From positions 1,071 to 65,070 of the forward strand of contig JALWKV010000002.1 in assembly GCA_027081275.1 (NCBI GenBank): a DNA stretch of 64,000 bases, in the 5' to 3' direction. The translations under genes and the position numbers were made by a program. Positions 31,365 to 41,338 of this stretch are shown here, piece by piece. Under the pieces are notes generated by a model. That model saw only the letters and a program-made list of their open reading frames with translations. It was not told where the DNA came from and made no database searches. This DNA comes from Gammaproteobacteria bacterium (lineage in GTDB: Bacteria > Pseudomonadota > Gammaproteobacteria > UWMA-0217). Position 1 is the stretch's first letter. Each line of letters begins with the position of its first letter.

Positions 31365-31375
31365 CGGCAGCGTGC

Positions 31376-31591
31376 TCAGTAGAGGCGAGTCCGCCGGTTG
31401 AGCTCCTTGGAGAGGCGCTTCAGGTTGCGCTTGATGGCGGCAGCCTTCTTGCGCTTGCGAACCTCGGTGGGCTTTTCGTAGAACTCGCGGCGGCGCACCT
31501 CGCTGAGGATGCCGGCTTTTTCGCAGCTGCGCTTGAACCGACGCAGTGCAATATCGAAGGGTTCGTTCTCTTTGATGCGAACGGATGGCAT
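31376..31591 (-). CDS. rpsU: 30S ribosomal protein S21
   Basis: [42 protein letters not shown]... Confidence 0.95.
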   Translation of the reverse strand: MPSVRIKENEPFDIALRRFKRSCEKAGILSEVRRREFYEKPTEVRKRKKAAAIKRNLKRLSKELNRRTRLY

Positions 31592-31795
31592 TCATTTCTC
31601 CTGTTGAAACCGGTTCGGGCGGCAGGCTCGCGCGTCTGCGCCAACGCCTGCCGGACCATGAAGCTAAAGCTCGGGAATTATAATGAGCTGCGGCGAAATT
31701 GCAAAAAGCGCCGGGCGGTGCGGGAGTGGCCGGCTATGGTGGCGCGCTTCGCCGCCGGATAGAATGCCCTCTTTTCGGCGTCGGCGGAGGTGCGA

Positions 31796-32794
31796 ATGAA
31801 GGTTCTGGGCATCGAGACTTCCTGTGACGAGACGGGCGTCGCCATCTACGATGATGAGCAGGGGCTGCTGGGGCATGAGCTCTACTCCCAGGTCGAGCTG
31901 CATGCGGTCTATGGTGGCGTGGTGCCGGAGCTGGCGTCGCGGGACCATGTTCGCAAGACGATTCCGTTGATCGATTCGCTGTTGCGGCGTCTCGATCTGC
32001 CTCGTTCGTCGCTGGATGCGGTGGCCTATACCGCCGGGCCGGGGTTGGTCGGCGCATTGATGGTGGGGGCGATGCTGGGAAGATCCCTCGCCTGGGGTTT
32101 GGGCATTTCGGCGATCGCCGTGCATCACATGGAGGGGCATCTGCTGGCACCGATGCTGGAGGATGACCGACCCGCCTTTCCGTTTCTCGCCCTGCTGGTT
32201 TCGGGCGGCCACACCATGCTCGTTCGTGTCGATGCGGTCGGCGCCTACAAGGTGCTTGGCGAGAGCCTCGACGATGCCGTTGGCGAGGCCTTCGACAAGA
32301 CCGCGAAGATGCTGGGGCTGCCCTATCCCGGCGGGCCGGAGCTGGCCAGGCTGGCGCTGCGGGGGCGGCCGGGCCGGTATGAATTGCCGCGGCCGATGGT
32401 CGATCGGCCCGGGCTGGACTTCAGCTTTAGCGGCCTCAAGACCTACGCGCTCAATACCTGGATCGCGTCGCCCGGCTCGGAACAGGAGAAGGCGGATATC
32501 GCGCGCGCCTTCGAAGAGGCGGTGGTCGACACATTGTCTATAAAAGCCCGCCGGGCGCTGCAAGAGACCGGGCTGGAGCGGCTGGTGGTGGCGGGAGGCG
32601 TCGGCGCCAATGCCCGTCTGCGCGAGCGGCTGGCGTCGCTCGATGCGGCGGTCTACTATCCGCGTCCGGCGTTCTGCACCGACAACGGCGCGATGATCGC
32701 CTATGCCGGCATGCAGCGCCTCAAGGCTGGTGACAGGGTCGGGCTGGCGGTCGCGGTCAGACCGCGCTGGTCGCTGGAGGCGCTGTCGGAATGA
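31796..32794 (+). CDS. tsaD: tRNA N6-adenosine threonylcarbamoyltransferase
   Basis: [20 protein letters not shown]... A GGCGGAGG ribosome-binding site precedes the ATG at 31796. Confidence 0.9.
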   Translation: MKVLGIETSCDETGVAIYDDEQGLLGHELYSQVELHAVYGGVVPELASRDHVRKTIPLIDSLLRRLDLPRSSLDAVAYTAGPGLVGALMVGAMLGRSLAWGLGISAIAVHHMEGHLLAPMLEDDRPAFPFLALLVSGGHTMLVRVDAVGAYKVLGESLDDAVGEAFDKTAKMLGLPYPGGPELARLALRGRPGRYELPRPMVDRPGLDFSFSGLKTYALNTWIASPGSEQEKADIARAFEEAVVDTLSIKARRALQETGLERLVVAGGVGANARLRERLASLDAAVYYPRPAFCTDNGAMIAYAGMQRLKAGDRVGLAVAVRPRWSLEALSE

Positions 32795-32810
32795 TCGTGG
32801 GCGGGGCTGC

Positions 32811-33383
32811 TCAGGTCTCGGTGCCGTCGAGCAGTTTGCGGATGTTGCTGCGATGCCGCCAGAAAACGAACAGCGCCAGTATCACGCCGAACAGGGTGAA
32901 ATGGCGCGAGCCGGTGATCAGCCAGATATAGAGTGGCGTCAGCGCTGTCGCCGTCAGGGCGGAGAGCGAGGAAATCTTTTTTAGCTTGAACATGAGCAGC
33001 CACGTCGCCAGCGCGGCAAGGCCGACCCGCCAGTCCAGCGCCAGTAGCACGCCGGCCGCGGTGGCGACGCCCTTGCCGCCGGCAAAGCCGAAAAAGAGCG
33101 GGTAGAGGTGGCCGAGGAACGCCGCCATGGCAACGAGCAGCTGGATGTCCAGTGAAGCGCCGAGCGCCCTCGCGAGGAGCACCGGGATCAGTCCCTTGAG
33201 CAGATCGCCGAAGAGGGTGATGGCCGCGGCCTTCTTGCCGCCGGTGCGGAGAATGTTGGTCGCGCCGGGATTGCCGGAGCCCTGGGTGCGCGGATCGGGC
33301 AGGCCCATCAGTCGGCTGACGATGATGGCGCTGGAGAGCGAGCCGAGCAGATATCCCGTCAGTATCAGAAATGTCGCTTGCAC
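32811..33383 (-). CDS. plsY: glycerol-3-phosphate acyltransferase PlsY
   Basis: GSGNPGATNILRTGGK motif in a polytopic membrane protein. Confidence 0.9.
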   Translation of the reverse strand: MQATFLILTGYLLGSLSSAIIVSRLMGLPDPRTQGSGNPGATNILRTGGKKAAAITLFGDLLKGLIPVLLARALGASLDIQLLVAMAAFLGHLYPLFFGFAGGKGVATAAGVLLALDWRVGLAALATWLLMFKLKKISSLSALTATALTPLYIWLITGSRHFTLFGVILALFVFWRHRSNIRKLLDGTET

Positions 33384-33522
33384 AGGTGTTACCGGTTGCT
33401 AGTAGTGTGTCGTGGCGTGGGTGAGTAATTTGTTCACGAAGGTCGGCCGGTTCATGAAGGTGTCGTAAAAACCCTCTCCCTCGAGGGGGGCACTCACGAC
33501 ATACTCTAACTTAGGGGGGCAA

Positions 33523-34296
33523 ATGGCCCAACTGCAAACAACGGTCGTCGGTGATGGCGCCGATATCGTGCTGCTGCACGGCTGGGGTATGAACTCCCGT
33601 GTCTGGGCTGCGCTGTTGCCGAAGTTGTCGGCGCGTTTCCGCGTCACCTGTATCGACTTGCCGGGCCACGGCGGCAGTGAGGCGGTGGAGGCTCCGACGG
33701 TCGGCGTCTGGGTTGATGCGCTGCTTGCGGCGGCGCCGCCGCAAGCCATCTGGCTTGGCTGGTCGCTGGGTGGAATGCTGGCCATTTCAGCGGCCACGGC
33801 GCGACCTGATCGCGTCAAGGGCGTGGTGACGGTGGCCAGCAATCTGCGTTTCGTGGCTGGCGGCGGCTGGCCCTGGGGCGTGTCGCGGCAGTTGTTCGAC
33901 GACATGGTGAGCGGTATTGCGGAGAATCCGGAGGAGACCTTGCGCCGTTTTGTGGCTTTGCAGTTTCTCGGTGTCAGAGCCGGCGCCGAGATGGTGCGAC
34001 AGCTGCGCGCGGCCGTCGTGGCCGAGATGCCGTCGCGGCAGGCGCTGCTGGCCGGACTCGATCTGCTCCGTGATCTCGATCTGCGTCGCGACGTCTCGAC
34101 CTGCCGGGCTCCGCTGCGGATGATTTTTGGCGGTCGCGACAAGCTCGTGCCGCCGGATGTGGCCACGGTGGTGACGGATCATGCCCCGACGGCAGAGGTC
34201 GCGATGCTCGATCAGGCTGGTCACGCTTCCTTTCTCACGCATCCCGAGGCGTTCGTTTCCCTGCTGATGCCCATGCTGGAAGTTCATGCCAGCTGA
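33523..34296 (+). CDS. bioH: pimeloyl-[ACP] methyl ester esterase (alpha/beta hydrolase)
   Basis: It has HGWGMN ... GWSLGG nucleophile elbow motifs and is directly upstream of and overlapping bioC. Confidence 0.8.
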   Translation: MAQLQTTVVGDGADIVLLHGWGMNSRVWAALLPKLSARFRVTCIDLPGHGGSEAVEAPTVGVWVDALLAAAPPQAIWLGWSLGGMLAISAATARPDRVKGVVTVASNLRFVAGGGWPWGVSRQLFDDMVSGIAENPEETLRRFVALQFLGVRAGAEMVRQLRAAVVAEMPSRQALLAGLDLLRDLDLRRDVSTCRAPLRMIFGGRDKLVPPDVATVVTDHAPTAEVAMLDQAGHASFLTHPEAFVSLLMPMLEVHAS

Positions 34297-35164
34297 TTTC
34301 TCCATCGATACCGATCGGGCCCGACGCGCCTTCGATGCCGCAGCCGGCAGCTATGACGAGGCGGCGGTGCTGCAGCGCGAGGTGGGCGAGCGGCTCGTGG
34401 GGCGGCTCGACTACATCCGGCATCAGCCCCGGCGCGTGCTCGACCTCGGCGCCGGCACCGGCCATGTGTCCGAATTGCTGCTGCGGCGTTATCGCAAGGC
34501 CGATGTCTGGGCGGTCGATTTCGCTCCGGCGATGCTGGAGAAGGCGCGCCGTCGCGGTGGCTGGCGCCGGCGACCGCGCGTGGTCTGCGCCGATGCCGCC
34601 AGCCTGCCGTTTGCCGATGCCTGCTTCGATCTGCTGGTCTCCAATCTGATGCTGCAGTGGTGTCTGCCGCTGCAGGACTATCTGGCCGAGATGCGGCGAG
34701 TCGCCACGCCCAACGGTCTGCTGATGTTCTCGACCTTCGGGCCCGATACGCTCAAGGAGCTCAGGCTGGCCTGGCGCGAGGTGGACGGGGGGCGGCATGT
34801 GCATGAGTTCATCGATATGCATGATGTCGGTGACGCGCTGTTGGCGACGGGGTTTTCCGGGCCGGTCATGGACATGGAGATGATCACGCTGACCTACCGT
34901 GAGGTATTGGCGTTGATGCGCGACCTGAAATCGATTGGGGCGGTCAATGCGGATGCCAGGCGCCAGCGCGGGCTGCTCGGACGGAGCGGGTTCCGTCGTC
35001 TCTGCGACGCCTACGAACGCTTTCGTGACGGCGCCGGTTTGCTGCCCGCGACCTACGAAGTGGTCTATGGACATGCCTGGGTTCCCGATGTGCCGCCCCC
35101 TTCGCGGCTGGAAGAGAAATTTCCCTTGGGTGTTGTTGGCCCGGGAGAGAGGAAGGTTCGGTAA
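34286..35164 (+). CDS. bioC: malonyl-[ACP] O-methyltransferase
   Basis: It has the SAM-methyltransferase motif VLDLGAGTG and is in the bioH-bioC arrangement. Confidence 0.85.
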   Translation: MPADFSIDTDRARRAFDAAAGSYDEAAVLQREVGERLVGRLDYIRHQPRRVLDLGAGTGHVSELLLRRYRKADVWAVDFAPAMLEKARRRGGWRRRPRVVCADAASLPFADACFDLLVSNLMLQWCLPLQDYLAEMRRVATPNGLLMFSTFGPDTLKELRLAWREVDGGRHVHEFIDMHDVGDALLATGFSGPVMDMEMITLTYREVLALMRDLKSIGAVNADARRQRGLLGRSGFRRLCDAYERFRDGAGLLPATYEVVYGHAWVPDVPPPSRLEEKFPLGVVGPGERKVR

Positions 35165-35359
35165 CGTGCTGAGTTTGCGGAAATTGTCAGCGCCCAGAGT
35201 ATAGGCTATGACGCCTCTTTTTTCTGAGTGTCGCGCTTGGTTATTATTGATTTTTCGCGCTCTTTCTGTATCCTCACGCGACTTTTGTTCTATTTGGATT
35301 GCCCGACGCCGCTTCGGGGCAACCCACTGTCAGGCTGAACTTTTATCTGGGAGAGGCAT

Positions 35360-36817
35360 ATGGCTGGCGCTGCTGTACCTGTCGTGCATCAGGAATACAA
35401 CTACGATATCGTCAAGAAATTTGCGATTGCCGCGATCGTCTGGGCAGTGGCTGGCATGGGGGCCGGGGTGTACATCGCGTCCGAGCTGGCATGGCCTTTC
35501 TTGAATTTCGATATTGAGTACATCACTTTCGGTCGGTTGCGACCGGTTCATACCTCCGGCGTCATCTTCGGCTTCGGCGGTAACGCGTTGTTTGCCACCT
35601 CCTATTATGTGGTGCAGCGGACCTGCCAAGCGCGGTTGCCGAGCGACGCCGCCGCCAATTTCACCTTCTGGGGTTGGAACATCGCCATTCTGCTGGGCGG
35701 CATCAGCTACATGCTGGGTTACAGTCAGGGGCGCGAGTACGCTGAGCCGGAATGGCCGATCGATCTGCTGATCACCGTCGTCTGGGTCACCTATCTCTGG
35801 CTCTATGTCGAAACCCTGCGGCGCCGTTCCCAGCCGCATATCTATGTAGCCAACTGGTTCTATCTGGGGTTCATTCTCGCCACCGCGCTGCTGCATATCT
35901 TCAATAACCTGGCGATGCCTGTCAGCTTGACCGGGATGAAGTCGTACAGCCTGTTCGCCGGTGTCCAGGATGCCATGACCCAGTGGTGGTACGGCCACAA
36001 CGCCGTGGGCTTTTTCCTGACTGCCGCCTTTCTTGGCATGATGTACTACTTTGTGCCGAAGCAGGCGGGTCGCCCGATCTATTCCTATCGTCTGTCGATC
36101 GTTCACTTCTGGGCATTGGTGTTTCTGTACATGTGGGTCGGCACGCACCATTTGCATTGGACAGCGATTCCGGACTGGACCTCGTCACTGGCCGCAACGT
36201 TCTCCATCGTGCTGTTGATGCCGTCCTGGGGCGGGATGATCAATGGTGTCATGACGTTGTCGGGAGCATGGGACAAGTTGCGTAGTGATCCGATCATGCT
36301 GTTCATGATCACCGCGCTGTCGTTCTATGGCATGTCGACCTTCGAGGGGCCGATGATGTCTCTCAAGAGCGTCAACGCACTGTCTCATTACACTGACTGG
36401 ACCGTCGGCCATGTCCACTCCGGTGCGCTGGGCTGGGTGGCGATGATCTCCTTTGGCTCGCTCTATCACATGATTCCGCGGCTATACAACACCACCATCT
36501 ACAGTGTCCGTCTGATTTACGTCCACTTCTTCCTCGCCACTATCGGCATCGTGCTCTACATCGTAGCGATGTGGGTCTCCGGTATCGGTCAGGGGCTGAT
36601 GCTGCGGGCCTTCGATGACTACGGCAATCTTGCCTATACCTTTGTCGAGTCTGTGGCCTTTATGCACTGGCCATTGGCGACGCGCGCCCTGGGCGGCGGG
36701 ATCTTTCTGACCGGCATGCTCATCATGGCGTACAACATCTACAAGACGATCGCTCTGGCGCGGCGTGAGGAGGTCGCCCGGGAGGCGGCTGAGGCTGCCA
36801 AGCTCGCGCAGGCATAA
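35360..36817 (+). CDS. ccoN: cbb3-type cytochrome c oxidase subunit I
   Basis: 485 aa polytopic heme-copper oxidase with conserved His ligands. Confidence 0.95.
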   Translation: MAGAAVPVVHQEYNYDIVKKFAIAAIVWAVAGMGAGVYIASELAWPFLNFDIEYITFGRLRPVHTSGVIFGFGGNALFATSYYVVQRTCQARLPSDAAANFTFWGWNIAILLGGISYMLGYSQGREYAEPEWPIDLLITVVWVTYLWLYVETLRRRSQPHIYVANWFYLGFILATALLHIFNNLAMPVSLTGMKSYSLFAGVQDAMTQWWYGHNAVGFFLTAAFLGMMYYFVPKQAGRPIYSYRLSIVHFWALVFLYMWVGTHHLHWTAIPDWTSSLAATFSIVLLMPSWGGMINGVMTLSGAWDKLRSDPIMLFMITALSFYGMSTFEGPMMSLKSVNALSHYTDWTVGHVHSGALGWVAMISFGSLYHMIPRLYNTTIYSVRLIYVHFFLATIGIVLYIVAMWVSGIGQGLMLRAFDDYGNLAYTFVESVAFMHWPLATRALGGGIFLTGMLIMAYNIYKTIALARREEVAREAAEAAKLAQA

Positions 36818-36833
36818 TTAGGAGGCTCGCGGA

Positions 36834-37571
36834 ATGTTCAAGCATGAGACCATTGAAACAAACTCTGCCCTGCTGACCGTCCTGGCGCTGATCGCCATGG
36901 GGATAGGCGGGCTGGTGGAGATCGTGCCGTTGCACTACATCAATGACACGATCGAAAAGGTCGATGGGGTTCGCCCCTACACCCCTCTAGAACTGAGGGG
37001 GCGAGACATCTACCAGCGCGAGGGTTGCTTCCTTTGTCACTCTCAGATGATCCGCCCGTTCCGTGACGAGGCGCTGCGCTATGGGCATTATTCGCTGGCT
37101 GCGGAGTCGCAGTACGACCACCCCTTTCAGTGGGGGTCGAAGCGGACTGGCCCCGATTTGGCGCGTGTCGGTGGGAAATATTCCAACGAATGGCATGTGC
37201 AGCATCTGAAGGCGCCGCGCAGCGTCGTGCCCGAGTCGATCATGCCCAACTATCCGTGGCTGCTGGAGAATGATCTCCAGTACCTCGATATCGGCGACCG
37301 GATGCGGGCATTGAAAAAGGTCGGCGTTCCCTACTCTCTGACGAAGGAAGAGTATGACGCCAACGTCGAGAAATTCGGCGAGGAGGTGGCGAAGATGCTG
37401 GATATCAACCGCGCCGAGGAGAACCTGCTCGCCGAAGCGCAGGCCGACAACTTCGATGGCAACCCGAATCGTCTGACCGAGATGGATGCGCTGGTCGCCT
37501 ATCTGCAGATGCTCGGTACGCTGGTCGATTTCAGCAAGTATGACGAAGGCTACTTTGTTGAGTTCCGCTGA
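36834..37571 (+). CDS. ccoO: cbb3-type cytochrome c oxidase subunit II (monoheme)
   Basis: CFLCHS heme motif. Confidence 0.95.
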   Translation: MFKHETIETNSALLTVLALIAMGIGGLVEIVPLHYINDTIEKVDGVRPYTPLELRGRDIYQREGCFLCHSQMIRPFRDEALRYGHYSLAAESQYDHPFQWGSKRTGPDLARVGGKYSNEWHVQHLKAPRSVVPESIMPNYPWLLENDLQYLDIGDRMRALKKVGVPYSLTKEEYDANVEKFGEEVAKMLDINRAEENLLAEAQADNFDGNPNRLTEMDALVAYLQMLGTLVDFSKYDEGYFVEFR

Positions 37572-37589
37572 GTTGGCGGGGCGCCACTG

Positions 37590-37796
37590 ATGCTGGTTGA
37601 TTTCTGGCACTGGATTACGCAGCTGTCCAACAGCAAGATTGTCGCGCTACTGATCTTTTTTCCGCTGTTCATCGGCATCGTGCTGTATGTCTACACGAAC
37701 AAGGAGCGCTCCAATCGCCTCGAATCCTACAAATACATGCCATTTCAGGAAGACGACGAGCCTGAAGTGAAACACGAAAAAGGTAATGTAAAATGA
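37590..37796 (+). CDS. ccoQ: cbb3 oxidase subunit CcoQ
   Basis: Small single-transmembrane protein between ccoO and ccoP. Confidence 0.7.
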   Translation: MLVDFWHWITQLSNSKIVALLIFFPLFIGIVLYVYTNKERSNRLESYKYMPFQEDDEPEVKHEKGNVK

Positions 37797-38725
37797 GCAA
37801 TGCCGATAACCGAAACAGCAAGGGAGTAGAGACCACCGGGCATGTCTGGGACGGGGATCTGCAGGAATACAACAACCCTCCGCCGATGTGGTGGACCTGG
37901 GCGTTCTACGGCACGATCGTCTTCGCGCTGATCTACTGGCTGCTCTACCCGACCTGGCCGATCGGCAAGGACTTCACCAAGGGCATGTTCAACAATATCA
38001 CCTTCGTCAACGACAAGGGTGAGGAGGTAACGACCCACTGGAACATGCGGGCGCTGTTTCTCAAGGATCAGCAGACCGGCGAGCAGGCCGTCAAGCAGAG
38101 GGAATACCTCGACAAGATCGCGAAGAGCAGCTATGCCGAGATCATGCAGGATCCCGACAAGATGGCTTTCGTCAATTCGATGGCGAAGGTGCTGTTCGCG
38201 GACAACTGTGGCCCCTGTCATGGCCGCGGCGCCGACGGCGTGATCGGCCTCTACCCGAACCTGCGTGACGACGACTGGCTCTGGGGTGGCACGATCGAGG
38301 ATATCGAGCAGACTATTCGCAAGGGCCGCAACGGTTACATGCCCTCTTTCGCCGGTGTCTTTCCCAAGGAGAAGCTGGAGGCCGTTGCGGCCTATGTCCT
38401 CTCGCTGTCGGGTATCGAGGGCGAGGACAAGGCGAAGATCGAGGAAGGCAAGCACATCTTTCAGGGTGAAGAGGGCGGGTGCTACTACTGCCATGCGAAA
38501 GATGCGAAGGGGATGAAGTCCCAGGGTTCGGCGAACCTCGCCGACAAGGTCTGGACCATTGCCAATGTCCCTGCTGCCGCGACCTACGAGCAAAAGCTGG
38601 CCGAGGTCGAGAAGGTCATTGTCAATGGCGTCAACCGCGAGATGCCGGCCTGGGAAGGGCGGCTCTCCGATACCCAGATCAGGCTCCTGACGGTATACGT
38701 CCATCAGCTCGGAGGCGGTAAATAA
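37793..38725 (+). CDS. ccoP: cbb3-type cytochrome c oxidase subunit III (diheme)
   Basis: Two CxxCH motifs (CGPCHG, CYYCHA). Confidence 0.9.
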   Translation: MSNADNRNSKGVETTGHVWDGDLQEYNNPPPMWWTWAFYGTIVFALIYWLLYPTWPIGKDFTKGMFNNITFVNDKGEEVTTHWNMRALFLKDQQTGEQAVKQREYLDKIAKSSYAEIMQDPDKMAFVNSMAKVLFADNCGPCHGRGADGVIGLYPNLRDDDWLWGGTIEDIEQTIRKGRNGYMPSFAGVFPKEKLEAVAAYVLSLSGIEGEDKAKIEEGKHIFQGEEGGCYYCHAKDAKGMKSQGSANLADKVWTIANVPAAATYEQKLAEVEKVIVNGVNREMPAWEGRLSDTQIRLLTVYVHQLGGGK

Positions 38726-38732
38726 TCTTACG

Positions 38733-38916
38733 CTAGCCCCGCATTTCTCGCCAGCATTCGTAGCGAGACGGCTCAAGGGTGCCGCATGGGTGGCTTTCAC
38801 GACCGAGGAGCGCGCAGGCATAGCCGACACTATGTCGAGCACTCCGACCGAGCGAAAACCGGCTGGCGCGCCATTGGAACGTCGCAGTAGAAGGGTGGTG
38901 AGAAAAGCGGGCTAGA
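38733..38916 (-). mobile_element. MITE-like element family C, copy 2 (inverted)
   Basis: It is the reverse complement of 3491-3667 (~95% identity), is flanked by CTAG on both sides, and starts 8 bp after the ccoP stop. Confidence 0.65.
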
Positions 38917-39070
38917 GTGGTCGCGTCTGTGCAGGCAGACGCGGTCGTTTGCATCCGGTCGGGGCGGGCAGCTTCATGGCCGCATGACAGCGGCGCCGGC
39001 TCGTCCGTGGTCGACTTTTCCGGGGCTCCACACTATTCTTCACCGCAGTTTTTTATCCCGGGCTTCCGCA

Positions 39071-40477
39071 ATGAGCGAACAGAGCGCACCATCGACGCGC
39101 GTTCCAATCTATCCCCGTTCCGTCAAGGGCAGTTTCCGCCGCTTCAAGAACGCGATTCTCGTCATCGCCTATCTGGTCTACTACGGTTTGCCGTGGCTGC
39201 CGTGGGATCGCGCCGTCGGTCCGGATCGGGCCGTGCTGTTCGACATCGTCGGGCGGAAATTCTATTTCTTCGGACTCGTCGTCCAGCCGCAGCAGATTTT
39301 CTGGCTGGCCGGTCTGCTGATGATCGCCGCGTTGCTGCTGTTCTTCGTCACCGGCGTGGCCGGGCGCGTCTTCTGCGGCTATTTCTGTTTTCAGACCCTG
39401 TGGAGCGATCTTTTCTTCAAGATCGAGCACTGGGTGCAGGGTGAGCGGCCAGCGCGGATCCGTCTCGCCCGCCAGCCGTGGAATGGCGAAAAGATCCGAA
39501 AGATGGGCCTGACCTGGCTGTTGTGGTTTCTCGTCGCATTCTGGACGGCGATCACCTTTACGCTCTACTGGGGGGATGCTGGCGATCTGCTGCGCCGTTT
39601 TTTCACCGGTGATGCGCCGAGCGCCATGTATGTGACCGTTATCGTGCTGACGTTCACGACCTTCACCATGGCGGGGCTGGCGCGGGAACAGGTCTGCACC
39701 CACATGTGTCCCTACTCGCGATTCCAGGCGGCGATGTTCGACAAGGATACCAAGCTGGTTGCCTACGACCAGAAGCGCGGCGAGGGCGTCAAGGGGCGTT
39801 CCAAGGTCAAGAAGGGGCTCAAGACCGCCGAGGATCGCCACGAGGCCGGGGTCGGCGACTGTATCGATTGCGGCTACTGCGTTCAGGTCTGTCCCACCGG
39901 CATCGACATTCGCAACGGGCTGCAGATCTCCTGCATCCACTGCGGTCTCTGCATCGACGCCTGCAACAACATCATGGACAGCATGGGCTGGCCTCGAGGG
40001 CTGATTCGCTACAGCTCCGAGACCGAGGACGAGGGTGGCAAGATCCGCATCTTCAAGCTCAAGTCCGTGGGTTACGCGCTCTCGATCATCGCCATCACTG
40101 CGGTGCTGGTCTGGAGCATCTCGCACAAGGCCGATTTGGAAACGGCCATCACGCAGACCCGTCAGCCGCTCTATGTGGTGCTGTCGGATGGAAGCATTTC
40201 GAACAGCTACGAGATCAAACTCGCCAACCAAACCTCGGAAGATCATCACTATGCGATCTCGATGCGGGGGCTGGACAATGCCGTGCTCGATACCGGCGGT
40301 TTCGACGAGGTCATGCTCAGGCCCTTCAAGACGCTGCGTCTGATGGTCAGGGTCAAGCGTAGTGGTGACGATGCCGGGGACAAGTCGAGCAAGGTCAAGG
40401 ACTTCTGGTTCGTCGTGACCGATGTCGCCAAGGGGCGGGAAGCGGCGGTCATCCCGGCGCGTTTCTACACGCCATGA
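39071..40477 (+). CDS. ccoG: cbb3 oxidase assembly ferredoxin CcoG/FixG
   Basis: Two 4Fe-4S motifs (CTHMCPYSRFQ, CIDCGYCVQVCP) in a membrane protein. Confidence 0.9.
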   Translation: MSEQSAPSTRVPIYPRSVKGSFRRFKNAILVIAYLVYYGLPWLPWDRAVGPDRAVLFDIVGRKFYFFGLVVQPQQIFWLAGLLMIAALLLFFVTGVAGRVFCGYFCFQTLWSDLFFKIEHWVQGERPARIRLARQPWNGEKIRKMGLTWLLWFLVAFWTAITFTLYWGDAGDLLRRFFTGDAPSAMYVTVIVLTFTTFTMAGLAREQVCTHMCPYSRFQAAMFDKDTKLVAYDQKRGEGVKGRSKVKKGLKTAEDRHEAGVGDCIDCGYCVQVCPTGIDIRNGLQISCIHCGLCIDACNNIMDSMGWPRGLIRYSSETEDEGGKIRIFKLKSVGYALSIIAITAVLVWSISHKADLETAITQTRQPLYVVLSDGSISNSYEIKLANQTSEDHHYAISMRGLDNAVLDTGGFDEVMLRPFKTLRLMVRVKRSGDDAGDKSSKVKDFWFVVTDVAKGREAAVIPARFYTP

Positions 40478-40490
40478 TGGAGAACCTTCG

Positions 40491-41327
40491 ATGAGTGATT
40501 TCGTCAAACTGATGGCGGTGGCGCTGCCGCTGCAGTTTGCGCTGTTCTTTCTGATCTATCGCTTTACCCGCCTCAGGGGCAAGCAGGTCACGCTACTGGT
40601 CATCTCCCTGTCGCTGGCGGCCTATGTGCCGTTCGGCATCATCTTCTGGGAGAGTCTAGATCAATTTGCCTATCGGCTCGCCTTCTTTGTCACCTTTCCC
40701 TATGTCTTCGGCATCATCACCTCGCACTGGGAGGCCGCCGAGGCACGCGGGGAGAAGCGCGACGGCAGCTTCTTCCACTGGGCGCCGATGACGATGTTCT
40801 TCTTCTTCGTTGGTATCGCCACCGTGGATGCCATTATCATCAGTCTTGCCGACAAGGGCATGTCGGGGGAATTCGCGGCCAGATTTCTGCCCAAGCCACG
40901 CTCGGAGGCGAAGGTGGTCTCCTATTTTCCCGGTAATGTTTCACACGATTTTCAGGAGAAAGAGGAACAGTTCAACGCCCATCTGGCTCAGCTGGAGCGA
41001 CAGGCCAAGCTGGGCTGGCATATCCGCAAGGGCTGGCTCGGTCGGCCGGTTGCGGGCGAGCCGATGACCTTCAAGCTTGTCGTCGAAGGGCCGGATGGAA
41101 GGCGCGTGACCGGGGCCACCGTCGAGGGCAAGTTTCTGCGCCCCGGCAATCACCGTCTCGACACGCCCTTCACGCTGCAGCCGGACGGTGAAGGTGGCTA
41201 CATCACCGACCTGGCGCTTCCTGCGCCGGGGCGCTGGGATGTGGTCATCACCATCGTCCGCGGCGATGATCGCTACGAACTCAAGGCTTCGACATCCGTC
41301 AATGAGCCCGGGAAGAGCAGCAATTAG
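40491..41327 (+). CDS. ccoH: CcoH/FixH family protein
   Basis: It lies between ccoG and ccoI and has N-terminal transmembrane helices; the start is chosen at MSDFVKLMAV. Confidence 0.7.
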   Translation: MSDFVKLMAVALPLQFALFFLIYRFTRLRGKQVTLLVISLSLAAYVPFGIIFWESLDQFAYRLAFFVTFPYVFGIITSHWEAAEARGEKRDGSFFHWAPMTMFFFFVGIATVDAIIISLADKGMSGEFAARFLPKPRSEAKVVSYFPGNVSHDFQEKEEQFNAHLAQLERQAKLGWHIRKGWLGRPVAGEPMTFKLVVEGPDGRRVTGATVEGKFLRPGNHRLDTPFTLQPDGEGGYITDLALPAPGRWDVVITIVRGDDRYELKASTSVNEPGKSSN

Positions 41328-41338
41328 GCTGCGGCCCC

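Noticed and set aside
38984-39070. N-terminal extension of ccoG and similar upstream extensions of fabF, pabC, ccoH and radC in the ORF track
   Set aside because: The extensions overlap upstream genes or MITEs and lack homology. Internal starts with ribosome-binding sites reproduce the canonical N-termini.
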